A stretch of DNA of 63,338 nucleotides, counting the filler, from Diploschistes diacapsis (lineage: Eukaryota), in assembly GCA_023645945.1 (NCBI GenBank). It is 15 parts of 15 records of this genome, joined end to end, with 100 filler letters (N's around TTAATTAATTAA, not from the genome) between each part and the next. Parts side by side here need not be neighbours in the genome. Positions count along the whole stretch, not along the records: positions 1 to 21,594 come from JALAIB010000306.1; 14 more parts are not named here. One strand, written 5' to 3'. Every line of letters starts with the position of its first letter. Within the stretch, counting starts at the first letter, position 1. Of the stretch, positions 1-12,363 are shown one piece after another. The notes beneath the pieces were generated by a model. That model was not told the origin of the DNA. It did no database searches and was given only the letters and a program-made list of their open reading frames with translations. Made by a program: the position numbers and the translations under genes.

Positions 1-629
1 GTAATAATATAGGCTATTATATATTACGATGGCCAGAACTTTAATACTTTTACGACGAATATTATTTAAAGATAAATGTTTTACGAGGATTAGATCTAGT
101 CGTTTATTACGCGATTTTTTACCACAATTCTACGAAGCGGGACAAACATTTATATAGGATAATATAGAGATGTATACTACGCGCGAAATTATTCAACTTT
201 TAAAAGAATATAGGGTATGATACTTGCCCTATCCTTCTCGCAGTCCTGACCTTAATTGCATCGAATATTTTTAATGAATGCTAAACACGTGGTTTACGAG
301 CTTTATCCTAAGCTTAAAATAATGATAGAAAGTATAAAAAAGATTAAAGTAATATTAAAAATGACGATTAAAGATGCTTTTAGAAATATTTTAAATGATA
401 ATTTTTTTAATTTATTCCAGCGATTAGTCGATTCAATACCGCGACGACTGGATGCTTGCAGAATTACAAAAAAAAGGATTACTAAATCTTAAAAAAATAT
501 TAAATATTTAGCTTTCTAATACATTAAAAACCATTTAATTATCTTTAATATTGATAAAGTTATGTGCGTTCAAAAAGTAGATAAATTTATGGGTGGTGGG
601 GAGGGAGCAAAAACTTAATGCCTAGTACT
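1..629 (+). mobile_element. RIP-degraded Tc1/mariner transposase 3' end and right terminus
   Basis: AT-rich. Translation gives FI*DNIEMYT...YLPYPSRSPDLNCIE (Tc1 QDN..H / SPDLNPIE motif). AT-richness ends abruptly at ~630 after a TIR-like segment. Confidence 0.75.
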
Positions 630-770
630 TTAGTTTATTCTTTGCGATCAAAAGGGGGAGAAAGCCTGTTGAGATATCCATGAATTCTCGGAGAACCTCA
701 AAACACATCGAGGCAGCGAGGATGGCCTGAGAAGCATCAAGCCTTTGAGGTAATATTTTTAATACATAAG

Positions 771-2051
771 CTACACTTCCAATTGCTCAAGGTCCTTCTG
801 AGCCTCCAAGATTTCCTTTTCCACTTGCGATGATGAACCTGCTATGAACGCTACGCCTTCACAGTGACCTTGATTATCAAATGTTACGCCCAGCATCTGC
901 TCTGCAACCCAACGGGCTGTCCTTGTGTGCAAACTCGGATCTCTACCCTCGACTATAGACCTTCCTGCGGCCAAAGCCTGAAAGACGACAAGCTGGTCCT
1001 GGAGCCACTCGTCAACGCATCCGCCATGGTCAATCTCTGCCTCCATATCTCGAACAACCCCCGATACTATCTTTTCCATAGTCTTTACCGGTTTCTTCTC
1101 GTTGATAGCCTCATCATAGAGCCAATCCCGGCCAAGTCGGTAACCGTTGGAAGTTTCAGCGACAAGAAGTAGGTAAACTCTCTTCTTGTGCCCCGAACTC
1201 TGCTCGACAGGGAAATCAATCTCCACTCCAGGCCAGCGCCTAAATATTTCCTCTTCGGTAAGCTTACGGAGACATTGACGCCAGTCGGCATCCAAGGCGT
1301 AAATGGACGCATGAAATTTCACAATATCGCCGCGATCCTCGAGGAAGAAGGCCGGAAGTGGGTGCCCGGTTCGCAGGGGCATTATGTCAAATTGGACCTT
1401 TCCGACGGCCGTGGATCCCATAGACCAGCCTTGCCTATAGAGCTTCATTGTGAAAGGACCCAGCCCTAGCTTTTCCTGCAGTATGGGGAAAAGAACTTGG
1501 TGTGCGTATTCAAACGACAGCGAATGCCAGACGTTCGTTCCGCCTGTGATTGTAATTCTAAGCATAACAGGATCGAGACATTCGGGATTTCCTGAGGAGA
1601 ACAGTAAGTAAGGCAAAATCGCCTGTAAGATCAGAAAGATAGAGCCAGGGGTCTTCATCTCTATCTCGCTTTCTCTTCGAACCAACATATGTGATTCGTA
1701 TATGTCTTTCCAGACACGGGGAGCTTGCTTTGACTGTTCCTGTCCAAGATCGCTACCAGCGCCTTTTTGTGCTGCCTCAGGATCAATCGAAGGGCAGAAA
1801 ACAAGCTCTTTGCTCTTGACTTCCAGCCCTTCCGTCTTGGCATTGGTCGCGTTCGCCAGCCAAGCGGCGCCAGCATAATGAGCAGGCTTGATCCCGCCCG
1901 CTTGGCCATTCCTCGAGGACGCTCCGCGCTTACCCCGTATGTCGGTCAAGTGAACATCCTTACCTGTGATGGCGCTCAGGCCGAGTGCTAGGCGAAGCAG
2001 TTGGCCGCCTCCCTCGAGAGTTGTCCCATCTAGATGCAGAGGTTTACTCAT
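771..2051 (-). CDS. rtcA: RNA 3'-terminal phosphate cyclase (RtcA type)
   Basis: Intronless ORF from MSKPLHLDG (ATG 2051). Motifs LDGTTLEGGGQLLR, ITGGTNV, DEWLQDQLVVF and SLHTRTA with the catalytic-type His. Confidence 0.9.
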   Translation of the reverse strand: MSKPLHLDGTTLEGGGQLLRLALGLSAITGKDVHLTDIRGKRGASSRNGQAGGIKPAHYAGAAWLANATNAKTEGLEVKSKELVFCPSIDPEAAQKGAGSDLGQEQSKQAPRVWKDIYESHMLVRRESEIEMKTPGSIFLILQAILPYLLFSSGNPECLDPVMLRITITGGTNVWHSLSFEYAHQVLFPILQEKLGLGPFTMKLYRQGWSMGSTAVGKVQFDIMPLRTGHPLPAFFLEDRGDIVKFHASIYALDADWRQCLRKLTEEEIFRRWPGVEIDFPVEQSSGHKKRVYLLLVAETSNGYRLGRDWLYDEAINEKKPVKTMEKIVSGVVRDMEAEIDHGGCVDEWLQDQLVVFQALAAGRSIVEGRDPSLHTRTARWVAEQMLGVTFDNQGHCEGVAFIAGSSSQVEKEILEAQKDLEQLEV

Positions 2052-2310
2052 TGTGATGTCTGTATTTTCAGTCGTCGCAGTGACTGCATGCACATGGAGA
2101 ATTTGATATAGAAGAAAGGGCAAAGAGACAATGGCCTGGCCTGTGGGACCCTTCTAGCCTTGGTACGGTAAGGCACGCCAGATCCCTTTTCAAGCGCAGC
2201 ATTAAAAAGAGTGCAGCCAAGACTAGTTGTAGATACAGCAAGCCAGAAACACGAGTCTTATACAAGATAGCAAAAACTTACTCTTTATTGTAGCGACTAA
2301 GGCCAAAGCA

Positions 2311-2319
2311 ATGACTCAT
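2311..2319. promoter_or_regulatory. Candidate Gcn4/CpcA (AP-1-like) site ATGACTCAT in the divergent rtcA/CSN6 promoter
   Basis: Exact consensus match in the intergenic region between two divergently transcribed genes. Function is unproven. Confidence 0.3.
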
Positions 2320-2784
2320 ATAGGAACAGAGACGCCTGCTTAAGCGAGTGATCAGATCCTCCTATACTTTAGCTAGGCCACTGTGAGCTGATCAGTCATT
2401 GCACATCTATCCCATTTCTGGGGTATTTCGATAATAAAGCGGTGCGCGAGTAGTTAGAGAAGCCGTGGAAGGGTAGTGACACAGGACATAGGACCGGGAC
2501 CGGCATCATAATGAGCTCGACCAGCTTCCAAGAGTCTAGTTCGATATTCACTCAAACCTCTTCAATTGTCCCCCCATAACAACGCCACGAGCCATACATG
2601 CTTTTCAAGAAAAAAGAGCACTCTCTATGCGCGCCTTGACAGTTATATGTGGATAAGTTCTTACGCCATGTTGGACGTTACACCTTAGAAAGCTTCGCAA
2701 ATTATTCCTGTATTAAACTCCGCAGATCAGTCCTGGAGCTCAAGGTTCCAGACTCCCATCTGCCGAAAACCTCCAAATATCGAT

Positions 2785-4334
2785 ATGTCCTCCGCAAACC
2801 CCTTGATCTCAACCACTAGGCCCGCCGACTCCACCCTCCATGCCTCCCTCCACCCCCTCGTCCTCCTCACAATATCCGATTACATAACCCGACACTCCCT
2901 CCGTCGGTACACACAGCCCATCGTCGGCGCCCTGTTAGGGCAGCACAAGGGCCGCGAAATCACCATCGAGCATGCCTACGACGTCAAGCTGCTCGACCCT
3001 GTTTTGCCCGTTCCGGACGACTTTGACTCCACACAAAACAGGCGAGAAGGAGAGCAACCGGAATGGAGGCTCCATGAATCGTGGTTCGCGGACCGCTTGC
3101 AGCAGTACAAGGACGTGCACAAGGATCCTGCACTCGAGCTAGTGGGATGGTGGACGCTCTCCCCACCCGAAGGGCCTGGACCGGAGGTTTTGGGGATACA
3201 TAGGCATGTGCTGCAGACGTTCAACGAAACGTCGCTGCTACTGGCATTTCACCCTGCGAGTGTGCAGAAGCAGAGGCAGGCATCCGGGGCGCAGACGCAG
3301 GTTCACAATGCACAGGTCATGCCGTTGACGATCTATGAGAGCGTGTACGAGACGAAGAAGGAAGGGGAAGAGGATGCGGATAAAATGCAGGTGGAGGACG
3401 ATGGTGGACAGGGTGCGAAGTTGGAGCTCAAATTGAGGGAGCTACCGTATGAGATTGTGACGGGGGAGGCTGAGATGATCAGCGTCGACTTTGTGGCCAA
3501 GGGTGGTGGCAACGCAACAGAAGTCGAAACCGGCAAAGCACAAGCCGGAAATGGAGCAGGGCAGTCGGCCAGTGGGAAAGGAAAGGGTAAAGCGATCGAC
3601 CCCTCCCTGAACGGCAATTCTAGAGAGACCGCCACAGCCACCCGTCTCAACCCCGAGGAAGAAGAACGTGGGTTCTCCCTCTTCTTTCTACCTACCCAAC
3701 TTCGTGTCTTGTGCCCTCACGTCCACTGATCCTTACCACAGTCGTCTCCTTCCTCTCCTCCCGCGCCAACGCAATAAAGATGCTCCAATCCCGCCTCTCG
3801 CTCCTCAGATCCTACCTTCACTCTCTGCCCTCATCGTATCTGACGGACCCCTCTCTCCCCGCCGGCGCCCTACCGCAAACCACCAACAGCAACACGGACA
3901 CTCCATCCCATAGCACAGCGCAAATCTCCCACCAAACCCTCCGCGCCCTCCTCGCCCTCACCTCCCGGCTCCCGCACCTTCAACCTTCCGACACCGCACT
4001 CTTCGCGAGAGATCAGGGCGCCGAGCGGTCCGACGTCGCCATCGTCAGCTTGCTGGGTAGTTTGGGCCGGAGCGTCGCCGAAGCAAAGGAGCTGGGGAGG
4101 GTGTTCTGCGCCGTGGACGGGGGAAAGGGCGCGGGGAAGAAGGAGAAGTGGAGCGCTGCTGGGGGAGGCGACGTGATGATGGGAGCGGCGGACATGGGAG
4201 TGGTGGGCATGGCAGGAGGCGCGATGGACCTGGATGGCGGAGACGCTGGGTTTGGAGAGTTCGGGGGATTCGGGGGCTTTGATGTGGTGGACGACAGAGG
4301 AAAGGGAGGGATGGGGTGGGACGGAATGGTCTGA
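2785..4334 (+). CDS. CSN6: COP9 signalosome subunit 6 (MPN-minus domain)
   Basis: LHPLVLLTISDYITR, VGALLGQ, QYKDVHKDPALELVGW, GEAEMISVDFVA, RANAIKML. One intron 3668-3741 (GTGGGT...CTGAT...CAG) joins the two ORFs in frame. Confidence 0.92.
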
Positions 4335-4920
4335 AGGCTTTGAGGGCATTTTTGCTTTGATGGGGCGAATGCGGGCTTGTGGGTAGGAAGGGCTCCGACC
4401 ACAGCGGCCTCGGCAGGGTGGCGGAGGAAGGTGCCGCGAAGACCGCCAGGGACGTTTAGCCGAAGGAAGGGGGACTAGGGAGGATGGTTGTTGCTAGCGA
4501 AAGGTCCCCTTGGAAGGGAAGGGCTTAGCTTTAACATTATCATGTGCACACATACGACACGCTGTCGCTGTCCCGGAGGGCTCCGAATCGCTTGAAGACA
4601 GAGAGCCAAACAAAACATAGATAGCAAGCTGAGACAACACCGGGTTGTCGGATCATCCAAAGTGTTCGCTTCTTCGACGAGGCATTCGTTCTTCGGTGAG
4701 ATGCAACATGATCGTAGCCTCTCAGCTGAAAGAGCATTGCTGGCGCACCCAAATCTCCTCCCCCCAACCAAAAACGTATACGACCAAGCGAGACAACTCC
4801 AACGCCCAGCAATGACCATAGCTCCCTAGTCCATGCAGCTACGCACTGAATATGTATAAAAGTGCCCCTATCAGTTGAAATAGAAAGAAGGAAAGCAGAA
4901 GGGAAAGAAAGTGGGTTTCA

Positions 4921-6848
4921 TCACGAATGTGCGTATTCCCGCTTCTCTGGCATCTTGAGCTCCCTGTCTGTGCCCGGTGGCCCGCCGGCGCCATCGTAAT
5001 AGCCACCCCCCTGCACAGGCAACGGTGCATTCCCAGGCCTGCTCAAAGGCGCTGCCGCAAACGCTTCCGTCGAGCCCGCTGCCATCCTATTCGCGCCTAA
5101 TATACCGTGCGGCGGCACTGGCGGGGTCCCGGTACCGTTCATCATGTGGCTGTGTTGTGTCTGCGCCCTGTAGGGATCGTATGAGCTCGAATAGCGCCCA
5201 TCCTCATCCGGCTCACCATCTAATGGCTCGTAGCTGCCTAATTTCACCTTCCCACCCTGGCTGGCGGTGTCTTGCAACGGCGTACCGGTCTGATAGCCTG
5301 GTTGATACGAGATGTCTTGCTCGCGATTCCTCCTGCCTACCACCGCCCATTTGAAGCCTCGACCGATGGCCTTTATGATGTCCCACGGGTTGAAGGCGTC
5401 GAGGAAGGCATATACGCCCAGGGGGCCGCCCTTGTATTCGGAGCTGCCCAAGTTGTAGCCAGCACCAGATTCGGCAGTGGCCATGGAGGTGGAACGCACG
5501 TCATAGGCTTTCCAGGGGTAAGCCCAGATGTGCAGGAAGGCAAAGATAGCCATCTCAATGTCGATAAGTAAAGCGGGGATGCCGACCGTGATATCGGGCT
5601 GGGCGAGTTGGGCGGAAGCTTTGATCGCGCCAGAGGAGTTGAGGAAAGACAGGATGATCTGGGATAGATTACTCAGTTGCATTGCCTGGGAAGAGGGACA
5701 GACATGGGGAATAGGAGACGGTAGAGACGATGATAAGGAAAATTGCTTACGGTTTGCCAAAAGACGAAGAATATAACAAGCTTGATGGAAAGGAGCTTGA
5801 GGAAGGGTTGATAATCTTGGATGTCGTGGCGGATCTGGTAATAGAACTGGATGAGGTTGAACATGGCTATCGAAACGGCGACTGCTGTTATAACTTCGGC
5901 CTATACTCTTCAGTATAAGCGCGAAAGGCATACCTGGAGGAAAATACCCAAACGTGCGCAAACGCCGGACTCAAGCTCTCAACACAATACCTTCCTGTTG
6001 CCTCCGTGATGACAGAGACAATGGTAAAGAATACCCGCATGAGGCAGTATTGGAAGATACAGAGCCAGATGATCTAACCCAGTCAATTAAGGACTCATTG
6101 CAGATATTTCAACATTCAAAGCTTACATTGAACCAAGTCAGGCCACTGCGGGGTTTTCTCCATGGACCTTTCTCCGTTCCAGAGTCTCCGCCAAAGAAGA
6201 CCTGTCCAAATCAGCTTCAAATCCAAAATTTTGTAACCTCATCGACTCCGTACGTTATGCCATGTCATCTTCATGGTCGTCTTCCTACCTGCGCCGCAAC
6301 ATCTCTGGAACCAGTTAACTGGTGGTATCCAATTGAGGGGTGTAAGCTTCCGGAAGTAGTCTTTTTGGGCGTGTAGATCCGGCGCAATGTAAGCGCAAAG
6401 GAGGGCGAAAAAGCTTGAAATAGCGAAGGCATCGTAGCAGTCCCGGATGACTTGGAAATAGACGTAATGTCGATATTCATAGTAAGAGAGAAAAGAAACA
6501 ATGGCGTAGACAGGCACCATAAACAGAATGCGGATGATACTGAGATGTCGTCAGCACAACGCAAAGTTTCGGGAGTCATGTTGCGCCTCACTGTCGCTGT
6601 TCCCATGGCTTCAAGTAGTGTGTGGCATGCATGAACATCAGGAAGAATGATAGAAGCACTGCAATTAAGCCGAACACAGCGGCGATAATGAGACCAACGT
6701 CGTGAAAGTTCAGGTTGCCGTAGAGCTTCGTCTCGCTGTCCACTATCGAGATGGTCAGCGCATGCGTATGGGCCAAAGGCCCGGGACGCTTACCTGACTG
6801 GTGCTCTAATGTAGTATTACATATTCCATATGAGGTGAAGTTGACCAT
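4921..6848 (-). CDS. TMEM184/organic solute transporter OSTalpha (DUF300) membrane protein, multi-exon
   Basis: Exons encode HATHYLKPWEQR, IIRILFMVPVYA, IRDCYDAFAI, KLLSIKLVIFFVFWQ, IEMAIFAFLHIWAYPWKAY. GT-AG introns; ATG at 6848. Confidence 0.88.
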
Positions 6849-7885
6849 GATGAGCGTATCAGACCCGCAGATTCGCTGTTGAAAGGCGTGAAGAAGTGAA
6901 AGCGACCAATGGAGATCAATTTGCTTGGGCGGGCTCCAGGGTTGTGTTTGCTGGAAATCTTGCAAGACAATCGTCTTTGTAGTATGGATCTATTTCCAGC
7001 GCTTCTTTTGCTCTCCCAAGACCCCAGGCGGCAGCTTTATTAAACGTGACGGGGTGTAGTGGTCGGGGATGTGACGAAGACAGATGAGCCTCAATGCTGT
7101 GGTATTGGAAGTGGTTGAGTGGGATTCAGGATTCAAGATTAGTGTTACTGCATGATTAATGTTCAGTTGTCGATTTGACGAAGTTTTGGAAAGAGGACCA
7201 CTGGCCTCAACCGCGCTATAGTATTAGTGTTTGTGGGTTGAGCGGGCTAGAGACAAGGACAAAAAGAAGATGATCGGTGATGATTTTGACGTAGGGCATT
7301 CCAAAGGGGGGGCCATTGGCTAGTGTATTATACTTGGCGCCAGACTGAGACTTTGACCTCAAACGCATCCTGTTCCTCCACAACTGCGGCTATGCCACTT
7401 AGGCTACGAATGTATGTCGGAACATGCTCGTATACACCCTAGCGCCGCCATGCTTGCTACTATATCAAAAATAAAAATAAAATAAAAAGTGCCTCCCTCT
7501 CTGCCTCGGCGTCTAAGTTCTTTGAGTCTGATAGCCACATGGCGAATAGGCTGACAAGCGGCTAACGTAGGATTCTACGCGCAAGTAATTTGGGACTGCC
7601 TTTCACGATTAAAGCCTCTGAATGAAGGTCAAAGGGAGAAATAGTTTTGGATATGACCTATATTGACAAACCCGGTTTGCAGCCGACAACCTACCGCATG
7701 TGAAATAAGCGAAGCATATGCTCATGTTAGTCCACAAAATCTCGAACAGCCCGGACGATAGGCTTTACGAGCTCGGTTTATGGGGACCGGGCGATATGGT
7801 ATATAATGTGGTTATTCGGTCCCAGCCCTGTAAAAGAAGGCGTGATCGCACATATATGTTCTGCCACTTTTTCTTACGGTAGAAG

Positions 7886-9244
7886 TTAATCACGCTTCTG
7901 TGCTTCATCACGACCATCAAGCAGTTTTCCCTTGAAGATGTCTCGGATAGTAAAGGCCCAGCAGATAAAATAAGCCACGAACAGCGCACACATCCAGACC
8001 GAGGAAATAACTGCAAACGCGGTGGAATTCAATGCGGTCGATAAGGCAATGAACGCTAGATTCACCGTTGCTAAAACGGTATCGGCAGCTAAGACAAGTA
8101 AGAGCCTGGTACAGGAGACTGACCCATGGGGAAGATAGTTGCCCACCAGGATAAAGTGAAGAAGAGTTTCCCCTTGAAGGCGGCCTCGAGTATCCCATAT
8201 ACCGAAAGGAGAATCCAAAGAACGTCAAAGCCCAATAAGAGTAGAGCTATCACGACGCTCGCGGCGGACGCACTCATGCCGGACATCATTGTCAGAAATG
8301 TACCCTCGTTATAGCCTCCAAAATTCATGCTCGCAGCCTGACCCAGAAACACTATTCCCGCCGCCGATTGGCCCATCGGCCCAACCAGAACAATTAAAGC
8401 CGGTATCTGCGCAGGCTGGGGCCACCCACTCGCCATGAGTCTGTTCAGAAACAGTGCGTACATAATGAGGGCCAGGTTCAGCCCCAGACCGACTAGCAGA
8501 TATCCGACGATAATGACCGGCACAGCGAGCTGCGGCGACACACCGTACGCATAGGTAACAATGTTAGCTCCCACGACCGCCTGCGTGGCGACGCCAACAG
8601 CAGGGATGAACACGGCCGTCGTCATATTCTCATCCTTTGTCTCGCTCTGCCTTGCGAGGAAAGCCGGCGCTGCCGTCGCCAACGTGACAATCCACGCCAC
8701 GCATATCCACCACAGAACATATGCCAGCAGGGTGAACGCATGGCCCGTGCCGTTCCAGTTAGCTTGACTCGGTGTCAGAGCTATCTGCGCAATAATAGTG
8801 AGAGAAGCAATGGGAAGGCAAGCCCAGTATGCTGCCTCGTTAGCGTTGGCCGACTGCTTGAGCGTTGATTTCGGATACAGGATCACCCGGAGAACCGTTG
8901 CCGGCATCATAACGAAATAGATGACAAGGTTGACGACGAACATGATCGTCGACAGGATCTTTATCCAGTCGGCATTGTTAAGGGTTTTGGTGCAAGAGAA
9001 TGGAGAGGATGCCTGTGTCCATGCTTATCGAGAGCCTGTGAAATTCAGTAGGTTAGGCGAAAGCGAACCCAAGACCGTACCGAGAACGCACCATAGGGGA
9101 GAAAAAAGTCTCTAGAGCGGAGGCTTTTCGGCTGCGTCTTGGTTTCTTCTGGCGCTCAGCGTCTCCGTTGCTGTTTGCGAATTCGTCCACCGTTTCCTGG
9201 GAGGCATGCTGGTCATGGCCACGAGAATCGCCCCTTGAAGTCAT
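7886..9244 (-). CDS. TDT/SLAC1 family C4-dicarboxylate/malate-sulfite transporter, multi-exon
   Basis: About 10 hydrophobic segments, VFIPAVGV, LVGPMGQSA, FTLSWWATIFPM. Introns near 9040-9090 and 8090-8125. Confidence 0.85.
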
Positions 9245-9788
9245 ATCGAGCGCCGGTCGGTAGTGCTTTGAAGGCTGGGCCTCTCGTAGAGCCAGTTAAA
9301 CTTACGGCCTTCAGGTCGTCGTCGCACCCGCATCTCAAAGTTGAAAAGAATATCGCACGCGTCATAATGGCGTGGGCTAAAGCGACGTCGCGGTTCAGTG
9401 ACGCTTCCAAACCCACCATGTGGGTCTTTGTAAACCCATCTATAAACGAAATCCCAACTTTCTCCCGTTTGGTGGGTAATGTTGGGCAAAAAGACAACTG
9501 CAAGCCCCGAGGAGATGCATCCGGGATTTCGTTGTTTGCCCGTTGCGGCTTCGCGGGGATCTGGCCCTGGCTTTCTCCATGTAGTAGTAGACTAGTAGTA
9601 CGTCATCCCACAACAAGAATTTATTCACAATTTTAAGAGCTTTACAATATCAGTACAATATCTCAACTATGCTTACACTTACAACACCGAGAGATGAACT
9701 CCTGGAAGACCTACGACCGCAGGCATAACACCAGTTGTCCAATGTCACGACGGCGGTTTCTTTACCGGGCTCAATACTTCATCGACAG

Positions 9789-11894
9789 CTATCCCTCCAG
9801 CCATCGCCCCCTCCAGCCACCACGAGGCGCATGCCCCCTCCCGAGTCCAGCACGGCCGCCTCGGAACCCTCCTCGCCACCCAGATCCAAACTCGGGCCCC
9901 TTGTCGACAATGCCTCCCTCCTCGAAGGTAAACCTCCTCATCTCATCGCTCCGTCCACCGCCTCGGCCCGCAGCCAACAGGTCCAATCTCTTGTCCGCCA
10001 CCGACCCCGGTACGGGCTGGAAGTAGAGCTTCGGTTTCGCAGCCGTCGACCTGAACAGGTCATCCAGCTGCTTGAAGCCCTTCCCAGAATGCTTCTGTGG
10101 AGCCGGTGGCGGAATGGGTCTAGGAGAAGCAGCAGCAGCAGCAGCAGCGACATGATCACTCCTCGATCCCACTGCTGCCGACGTCGAGCCCCGCGCCCCC
10201 ACACTCTCGGCCTCTTGTAAATATGCAACGGCCTCGTCATTCTCCTTCTCGTAGACCACTTCCCACCGCTTCTGCGCCGTACCGCGGCGGCCGCTGGAGT
10301 CGTGCTCGATCTCGATCCACTTCTTGATCTTCTCTTCGGGGATATAGTCGACCCACAGAGCCTTGCGCGCTCGCTCGTCGGGCCATACGCGGTCGTGAAG
10401 TGCCAGCCGCACCCGAGACGCAGCTGATATCGAGGGGAAGCGGACAAAGCAGTGCGATTTGATGGTATCCAGGAAGAAATCTTGGACCATGTCCTCCTCT
10501 GCGTTCTCGTTGGAAGATTTCGCAAGGCTTTCAAGATGATCTTGTAGCGTTGAAGGTTGTAGAGGCCGCATGAAATTCCGGATATAGAGGGCCGTGGTCG
10601 CAGGATGAAGCGCAGGTTCTACTTCCCTATCCTCAGCGTAGTCCTCTAGCGCTGTTTGGGTTGGTTGACTGGGTGCTGTAGCTGCGAACAGTCCTTTGAA
10701 TTGTGCGTTTGGCGGTTGCCTCGTTGGCGAGATGACCTTCTCCTTTACGTCTTCCACCGGAGGCGTTCTGGCCCCTACTTCTTCTTTCGTAGCAGTATCT
10801 GGCGCAGCTTCCTGGCATAATCGGTCTCTCTGAACGTCCATTGAGTCGTCCTGGATTGGTACTGCCTCGTCTGACTTGTCCGTGACCGGAGGCTGGAGTG
10901 CGTTCTCTTCCGTCATTGTAGTATCCTGGACGTCCTCCCTCTCATGTGCTTTCTGTAGTCCTTCATCGTCGTGTGCTGTCTCCCGAGCTTCCAGGTTTTC
11001 GGTAGCAGCGACGCGCGGGCTGCCATCCAGAGCCTTTGCTTTCTTTGTGGCGACCTCAGCAGTATCTGGTACCGGGCTGTGGCTCCTCCTCTTCCTCTTG
11101 CGCGTATCCTCCACTACTTCTTCGCGCTCAATGGAGGACTCGTTTGCTTCGCGTGGCAATTTGACATGTTGAATGCTGGACTCGGTTGGCGGAGGCAGCG
11201 ATGCGGATACTTCGGGCTCGCCGAGCTGTTGCGGCTCGATTGGTGTCGCAATTGGCGACGCGGTCGATTGCGGAGGAGGAATGGGTTCGCTTTCAATGGG
11301 CTCCAAAGGCCGCGTGTCCACGGCCTCTTGCTCCTTGGCAGCATCGTCAACGGCCACAACTTCTTCGGCAGGCGGCGTCGACCCGGCTTCGGCCTGCGCT
11401 TGTTCTTCTGACATCGTCTCGGTCATTGAGGGCTCAGGCGCAGGTGTGGCAAAAGTCCGAGTGTCCATTGCGTCTCCTTGGACATCTTCTGCCGCAAGCT
11501 CAGCTTGCTTTCCAGTCTCTGGCGAATCTTGCAGTTCTCCGGCAGGTGCAGCATGAGTCCGTGCATCCATTGCGTCTCCTGTAGGGTCTTCTGGCTCCAC
11601 CTCAACCTGTTCTCCAACCTCTGGCGCATCTTGCAATTCTTCCGCAGCGGAGGCTTCTATCGTTTCCGGCCCTGTAGGCTGGTCGTCAGGAGTCTCTTTT
11701 GCCTCGTCCTCAGTTTCTCCGTTCGCCGCATCTTCTTGGACGCCGTCTTCGTTCGCAGAAGCCTCTTCCTCGCCCTCTGCATCATTCTCTTCCAGCCGCG
11801 CGACCAATTCAGCCTTTTTGCCCGACACGGGCAGACTGCGCTCCTTCAGCAGCTCCTTGAGCTTGACAACGGTGAGGCTTCCGTATTCTGCCAT
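9789..11894 (-). CDS. Acinus-like protein (SAP domain, RRM, RSB motif)
   Basis: N-terminal SAP domain (LTVVKLKELLKERSLPVSGKKAELVARL), RRM (ALYIRNFMRPL...IKSHCFVRF), RSB-like LDDLFRSTAAKPKLYFQPV and an RGG tail. Confidence 0.88.
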   Translation of the reverse strand: MAEYGSLTVVKLKELLKERSLPVSGKKAELVARLEENDAEGEEEASANEDGVQEDAANGETEDEAKETPDDQPTGPETIEASAAEELQDAPEVGEQVEVEPEDPTGDAMDARTHAAPAGELQDSPETGKQAELAAEDVQGDAMDTRTFATPAPEPSMTETMSEEQAQAEAGSTPPAEEVVAVDDAAKEQEAVDTRPLEPIESEPIPPPQSTASPIATPIEPQQLGEPEVSASLPPPTESSIQHVKLPREANESSIEREEVVEDTRKRKRRSHSPVPDTAEVATKKAKALDGSPRVAATENLEARETAHDDEGLQKAHEREDVQDTTMTEENALQPPVTDKSDEAVPIQDDSMDVQRDRLCQEAAPDTATKEEVGARTPPVEDVKEKVISPTRQPPNAQFKGLFAATAPSQPTQTALEDYAEDREVEPALHPATTALYIRNFMRPLQPSTLQDHLESLAKSSNENAEEDMVQDFFLDTIKSHCFVRFPSISAASRVRLALHDRVWPDERARKALWVDYIPEEKIKKWIEIEHDSSGRRGTAQKRWEVVYEKENDEAVAYLQEAESVGARGSTSAAVGSRSDHVAAAAAAASPRPIPPPAPQKHSGKGFKQLDDLFRSTAAKPKLYFQPVPGSVADKRLDLLAAGRGGGRSDEMRRFTFEEGGIVDKGPEFGSGWRGGFRGGRAGLGRGHAPRGGWRGRWLEG

Positions 11895-12363
11895 TGTAGT
11901 GAGCGCTCCAAGTTGGCGTCAAACTTGCGACACATAGAAAAATAAGGGAAAGTGAAGATGATGAATCGGTCAGGCTGATGTTGAAAGCGGCCAGCCGGAA
12001 AAGATGAAATTGAAAACAGGATGGAAAACAATGGCACGAGGAATGCGAAACTGATGGCAGGGGGGATCTAGCGGAGGCAAAAAAAGCCGAAAATTAAGCT
12101 CTCGGATTTTCACGTTCTTCATTAGCACTATTAAACACGTGTCGACATCCAAGAAAGTTGAATATCATACTAGTTCTATATGTAATCAATAGAGAAGCAT
12201 TCGTCAGCTTCACCACGCCCATCCCATCACAGACACAATTTGCGTCTCTGCACCCCTTCACATCACATGGACTGGCACTATCCAAAGCTCGTACGTACGT
12301 AGGCAGCAGGTTGGCTCGTGAAGCTTCCGCTGTGCTGCAAATGGTGTCTATAGTCTGCGAAAA

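Noticed and set aside
7049..7110. GGGGTGTAGTGGT resembling a tRNA 5' end
   Set aside because: No T-arm/B box or acceptor-stem partner downstream.
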